DNA of 62,501 nucleotides. Origin: Candidatus Poseidoniaceae archaeon (GTDB taxonomy: Archaea; Thermoplasmatota; Poseidoniia; Poseidoniales; Poseidoniaceae). A model generated the notes under the pieces. That model did no database searches. It saw nothing but the letters and a program-made list of their open reading frames with translations, and was not told where the DNA came from. Every line of letters starts with the position of its first letter. Position 1 is the first letter of the stretch. This document shows positions 57,923 through 62,501 of this stretch, one piece after another. Location of the stretch: assembly GCA_949373075.1 (NCBI GenBank), contig CASIBX010000011.1, positions 1-62,501 on the forward strand. The letters run 5' to 3'. The position numbers were made by a program, and so were the translations under genes.

Positions 57923-58927
57923 ATGGCAATCAACCCAGAGTCATTTGACAAGCCTGTCAAAGATTATGATTTTGCTAATCTAAGTGATTCAAAATCACTT
58001 ATTGACCAGATGGGAGATGCGGGCGGGTTTACTGCAACAAAGTTAGCGAATGCTAGAGATATTCTCAAAGATATGCGAACTGAAATAGACGTTGTCGAGG
58101 CGGACTCAAGCAAAGTCACAAACTGGTTATCATTTCCCGCTTGCCTTTGTGCAACAGGAACTAGAGGGTTCTTTGTAGAGGCGATTAAAACCAAGATGTT
58201 CAATGTAGTTTCAACAACTTGTGGCACGCTTGACCACGATATTGCCAGGGCATACAAGCACTACTATCACGGTTCTTTCGAATTGGACGATATAGAATTG
58301 GGCGAACATCAATTGATGCGTCTAGGCAATGTCATCGTCCCTAACGCTAGTTATGGCGAAATTATCGAATCTGTAGTTATGCCTGTTTTGGAAGATATTC
58401 GCAATGATAGAATGGCTGAGACTGGAAAACAAGGAGCTGACCTTTGGCTCGGATTTGGCTCTGTTCACCTTGTATGGGAATTAGGCAAGAGGATTGGAAC
58501 GCCTGATTCTTTGATTTACTGGGCGTACAAGAACAAGATTCCTGTTTGCATCCCAGGGATTACTGACGGAAGTATTGGCGCCCAATTATTCATGTTCAGG
58601 CAGAAGTATCGTGACTTCCACATCGATACACTAGCAGATGAACAAGTGATGAGCGATCTAACATGGGATGTCGAGAAATCAAATGCTTTGATGATTGGAG
58701 GAGGAATCTCCAAACACCATGTAATTTGGTGGAATCAATACCGCGGAGGACTAGATGCTGCGGTTTACATTACAACCGCACCAGAGCATGACGGAAGCCT
58801 TTCTGGTGCACGTTTGAGAGAAGCAATTAGTTGGGGTAAAATGCGTCCTGAGGCACCTAATGTCTGTGTTGAAGGAGATGCTTCGGTTCTTCTACCCCTA
58901 CTAGGTAGTGATTTATTCGGTGAGTGA
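57923..58927 (+). CDS. dys: Deoxyhypusine synthase
   Basis: GGFTA, TGTRG, RLGNV, TDGSIG, IGGGISKHH, DGSLSGA..REAISWGK (catalytic Lys), EGDASV; start ATG 57923 or 57887. Confidence 0.93.
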   Translation: MAINPESFDKPVKDYDFANLSDSKSLIDQMGDAGGFTATKLANARDILKDMRTEIDVVEADSSKVTNWLSFPACLCATGTRGFFVEAIKTKMFNVVSTTCGTLDHDIARAYKHYYHGSFELDDIELGEHQLMRLGNVIVPNASYGEIIESVVMPVLEDIRNDRMAETGKQGADLWLGFGSVHLVWELGKRIGTPDSLIYWAYKNKIPVCIPGITDGSIGAQLFMFRQKYRDFHIDTLADEQVMSDLTWDVEKSNALMIGGGISKHHVIWWNQYRGGLDAAVYITTAPEHDGSLSGARLREAISWGKMRPEAPNVCVEGDASVLLPLLGSDLFGE

Positions 58928-58931
58928 GATT

Positions 58932-60370
58932 ATGCGTACAATGTTCCTTGTATTTTTGATGCTAAGTGCACCCTTAGCAGGCTGTTTTGGTGAAGATGAA
59001 AATGAAGTAGCCACTCCTAAACCAACGGTTTGGGACTTTGAGAAGCCTGAACTAACATGGTATCATTTTGCGGGAGCAGAAGACGCTTTTGAAAATTCTA
59101 GTTTTGATTTCGATGGACGTAATGTCCCCTATCCTGCTGAAGGTTCTTACTACGGAATAGGCATGTCGACATTCGAGCCAACAATGGGCATCACTCAAAG
59201 TGACATGATGGTGATGAGTTCTTACGGCAATGGACCAGCAGGCTCAACAGCAATCATTTCTTGTGACCTCATTGGAATGCATGACGTATTAGACTACAGT
59301 TGTGAAAATGTTTACGACCCATTCCTGCCAATTGCAAATTCTAATGACCCTTACATCTATGTTGACCCATGGACAAGTAGAATCATGAAATTCGATATGC
59401 ACGCCTTACTGGGAATGACCGTTGAATGGTCGGATGATGAAGGGGCAAGTTGGAATGGCCCAAGTGTAGCTACACAGAGTTTATTCAGTACAAGACCACC
59501 AAACAATTGCAAGCAGCAATATGCCTGCATTATTCCATCCAACGACCTGGATGTTCTGTATCAACGGAAATGCACCTCACCCCCTATGCTCATCAAGCCA
59601 AGATGGAGGAGCAACATGGGGCCCTGAAACATCAGGCGCTCCTGTTTCCTGTAACTCTGGAGGCTTATCGGCACATCTTAGTTGGAAGTATTGATGGAAA
59701 CTTCTACCGTGGAAACAAGGGATGTACAGGAGACGGATATTCAGTATCTTTAGAACTACGAATGCAGGAATCACTTGGACTGAACATGTTTTGCCAACTA
59801 CCGAAACTGGAACTGCAGATACTTGGAATGCTGAAGAAGCTCAAGTCGAAGTCGATAGTGAAGGAAACGTACACGCAATGTGGATGGGTCTGGATAACAT
59901 GCCATACTGGTCCTATTCCATTGACCAAGGCGACACTTGGTCAAATGCTACAATGATCGCTCCTCCAATCAATCTCTCAGGAACTGGATTCCCTGTAGTT
60001 GTTGCAGGCGATGCTGGAACTGTAGCATTCGGTTATGTTGGTGAGACCGAAGGGGATGAAGAAACCTGGAATGCATACCTAACCTATGCAACAGATGCTT
60101 TCAATGAAACACCTCTTTTCACAACAGTTCAACTCAATGCGAGATGGAGACCCAATCGATATAGTGAATGATTGTGGATACAACCGCTGTGGTGGATTAG
60201 GAGACTTCCTCGACATCAGAGTCGATGCATATGGACGAACATGGTTCGCATTATCTCACAATATTGCAGACATCGGTATTTTTGGAACAATCAACTCAGG
60301 ACCAAGTCTACGTGGCGAGAACATTACTATGCTTCCTGAAATGCCACTAGGTGGAATGCTGACTCTTTGA
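58932..60370 (+). CDS. BNR/Asp-box beta-propeller (sialidase-like) lipoprotein, broken by four frameshifts
   Basis: LAGC lipobox; Asp-boxes WSDDEGASW, SSQDGGATW (in a frame absent from the track, 59479-59680), RTTNAGITW, YSIDQGDTW; C-terminal LGDFLDI.VD..GR. Shifts near 59478, 59680, 59745, 60140. Confidence 0.72.
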
Positions 60371-60383
60371 CCAATTAGCGGCG

Positions 60384-60665
60384 ATGTCGAACGGTAATGA
60401 TGGAGTTTTTGACATGGTCGTACTGAACATTTGGTCCCTAGGTCATTTCGTCCAATGGACGTTTATTGGACGATACCTACTACGCAACTGGTGGATTTTC
60501 ATCTTTCTTTCAGTAGGGTGGGAAGTCTTGGAGCTCTATCTTCCATATGAATTCGTAAAGGAAACCTGGGATAATAAAATCTCAGACCTAGTTGTCAACA
60601 CTATCGGATTTGCAATAGGTAAATGGATACGGTATGATCCTGAAACCTTGCAGTCTAACAATTAG
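60384..60665 (+). CDS. Small membrane protein
   Basis: WSLGHF...GWEVLE...ETWDNKISDLVVN..G pattern across 2-3 TMs. Confidence 0.7.
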   Translation: MSNGNDGVFDMVVLNIWSLGHFVQWTFIGRYLLRNWWIFIFLSVGWEVLELYLPYEFVKETWDNKISDLVVNTIGFAIGKWIRYDPETLQSNN

Positions 60666-60709
60666 AGCCTCCAAGCAGAGAGTAACTAAGCAAAGCGCCT
60701 CTTCGTATT

Positions 60710-61003
60710 TCAATTTAAATCTCGAATTAATTCGTTGACATCAACATTATCGTTGTAAATTAGAAACCCGCAAACTAATACTGTAACTGTAGCAAATAGA
60801 AGTGCTCTGTTGATTATTCCTTTGACAAAGTCAAAAACATTTTTTGCAGCCTTGGAAACCTTTTCACCAACTTCGTCTAAGCTTGGGAGTTCGACATTTG
60901 TTGATTGGTCAACATGTGTATTTTGGGTGTTGTGATGAACGTCTCCAACATGTACATCCCCCGTAACCACAGAGTCCTGAATCTTCGGCTCAACATCTGA
61001 CAC
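60710..61003 (-). CDS. Hypothetical single-TM protein
   Basis: N-terminal IQDSVVTGDVHVGDVHHN low-complexity motif and a C-terminal TM. Confidence 0.65.
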   Translation of the reverse strand: MSDVEPKIQDSVVTGDVHVGDVHHNTQNTHVDQSTNVELPSLDEVGEKVSKAAKNVFDFVKGIINRALLFATVTVLVCGFLIYNDNVDVNELIRDLN

Positions 61004-61042
61004 AGATTTCCCAACTATCCTGGACTTATAGATGCTGAGGGT

Positions 61043-61725
61043 TTAGACACGCTCTTGCAATCCAGCGATCAGAGTCATCAATGCTGTTCTGAAATGGTAT
61101 TAGAGGCCTCCAGCCATCGCCTGTAAGGCTCAAGTAGTAACTGATGAAGAGGATCAAGGTCTGGCCTTAGATTCATCTCATCTGCAATTGGCTTAGCCTC
61201 CATCCCTGCAATCTCATGTCCAAACAATACCTCTGCTGTGAAATCACCACTAATACCCTGATTTGTTCTTTGCCACAGCATATCAAACTCCGACTTAGAA
61301 TCTTCAGAAGCCCATTCTCTTCGGCCGCACATGTGAACATTATCCAGTTTCATCTCGGCTTTCAAAATATGTGCAATAGCATTGGCCGCATCAATAACAC
61401 TCAGCCAATACCTAGGCGGTCCAACAACAGCCTCCCCCTTAGCCCAACTAATTATTTCAGGGACCAGCCACTTATCCGCACGTGATGGCAACAAGTCGTG
61501 AATAAGTAGATCCTTTCCAACGACGATATCAGCATCGCTATTATCGAACGAGATTGAAAAGCCCGAACCTTCCCTTAGAAGTCCTGCTGTTGAATAATCG
61601 AGTAAATTTGCATTGCGGCTAAGATGAATTTCTTCTTTGGCTATCACATCGATATCCATTGAAAGTAGTTTATCGACTACTGCTTCACCAAGTGAACAGG
61701 TTGCCCCGATGACTCGAATTGCCAT
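61043..61725 (-). CDS. Degenerate Rossmann-fold (epimerase-like) hypothetical protein with frameshifted 3' end
   Basis: IRVIGATCSLG start and WLSVIDAANAI. Track ORF ends at 61078; removing two single bases gives ...LELTGDGWRPLIPFRTALMTLIAGLQERV* ending at 61043 (inferred). Confidence 0.6.
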
Positions 61726-61769
61726 AATCTAGGCTGTAAGTTCAACATTGATGAGGGTATCTCTTGTCG

Positions 61770-61945
61770 TATATTTCAATTGATTTTTTAATTTTTCAAT
61801 TGAGAATTTACACTAAATTAAATAACGGATGTACGATTATGCGACACCAATTGAAAGTAAACTATTACTCATTTCATAAAAATGAATTTAGTATGTTTCT
61901 TCAATTGAAGATAACCTGATTATGCGTCAAACCCAATTGGAAATC
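61770..61945. promoter_or_regulatory. AT-rich divergent promoter region with repeated CAATTG palindromes
   Basis: CAATTG at 61777, 61797, 61848, 61902 and 61934; 14-bp palindrome TCTTCAATTGAAGA at 61898-61911; GATTATGCG at 61835 and 61918. Confidence 0.5.
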
Positions 61946-62028
61946 GATTTTTTGACGGGGGCAAGTATAAGAGGCGTCACTGTGACGACCGACTGGTCAA
62001 GAGTCAAAGACCAGAGGAGATGGGAAAA

Positions 62029-62501
62029 ATGCCGAACAACGATTATGACATCCAGGAGTTACTCCAAAGGGATGTATATGTGAATGATACAAAGGTGGGA
62101 ACGATCGTAGGAGAACGTCACCACCCGAACGAAGCAAGAGTGCGCTCAATGCGCATCATGGTGGAGCCAGGGGTCGCTGACGAATTCATGCGAAAGCCCG
62201 CTGAACTCGCACCACTGCACAAGGAGTTAATCCACAGCATCCGTAATGACGGGGCCGTAAAACTCTCAAAGTCGATGCGTGAACTTCAGCGACGCTGGAG
62301 AAATACAGTACGCATAGATGAAAAATTGTACGCGCCTGACGAAATGATGGACAGAGCAGTACTGGACAACCAGGGTATGGAAATTGGAGTAATTACCGAT
62401 TTGGTAAAGATCAAGCGAACATATCGCGCCGTTGTAGTGAAAACTCGAATCGGAGTCCAGATGCAACACGGCATTGACACTACAATCAATATTCCAATTA
62501 C
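62029..62501 (+). CDS. Tandem PRC-barrel domain protein (3' end runs off the window)
   Basis: Not in the track; GAGGAG RBS, then MPNNDYDIQELLQRDVYVNDTKVGTIVGE...EMMDRAVLDNQGMEIGVITDLV..., two units resembling the PRC L.G..V....G..IG.V.D pattern. Confidence 0.7.
   Translation, partial: MPNNDYDIQELLQRDVYVNDTKVGTIVGERHHPNEARVRSMRIMVEPGVADEFMRKPAELAPLHKELIHSIRNDGAVKLSKSMRELQRRWRNTVRIDEKLYAPDEMMDRAVLDNQGMEIGVITDLVKIKRTYRAVVVKTRIGVQMQHGIDTTINIPI

Noticed and set aside
59470-61135. Pseudogenisation of the Asp-box lipoprotein and the Rossmann-like gene
   Set aside because: About six small indels cluster within 1.7 kb with no in-frame nonsense codons and intact motifs, which is typical of a low-coverage consensus; reads are needed to exclude real decay.
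1-62501. tRNA, rRNA, SRP or RNase P genes
   Set aside because: No T-loop/cloverleaf or other diagnostic consensus was seen in the intergenic gaps by eye; a tRNAscan/Infernal run would be needed to be certain.

Overview
Gene-dense archaeal chromosome segment. The gene set points to Marine Group II Euryarchaeota (Poseidoniales, Thermoplasmatota), which is an inference: CDC48, Hjc, Lhr, deoxyhypusine synthase, geranylgeranyl reductase, MC1 chromatin protein, DacZ, a PGF-CTERM protein and very large acidic surface proteins, alongside bacterial-type FolC, UvrB, a leucine-catabolism carboxylase and an actinobacterial-type Sdh1. About 48 CDSs are supported. I found no tRNA, rRNA, CRISPR array or mobile element. 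The main observations are: (1) a highly structured, apparently non-coding two-hairpin element with a pair of mutually exclusive helices between a giant surface-protein gene and mc1; (2) a recurring GC-rich palindrome, usually with a 3-nt spacer (C-GNA-G on one strand in four copies), just upstream of several unrelated genes; (3) a macrodomain-diadenylate cyclase two-gene operon; (4) a succinate dehydrogenase with a heme-less, Rieske-type (type F-like) anchor; (5) a presenilin-family protease with a ~400-aa soluble insertion; (6) surface proteins with nested domain insertions or dual lipid-anchor signals; (7) a CAATTG-repeat, AT-rich region before a tandem PRC-barrel gene. Frameshifts near 40.4 kb and 59.4-61.1 kb look like sequencing indels. 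All family assignments come from motif recognition, not database searches.
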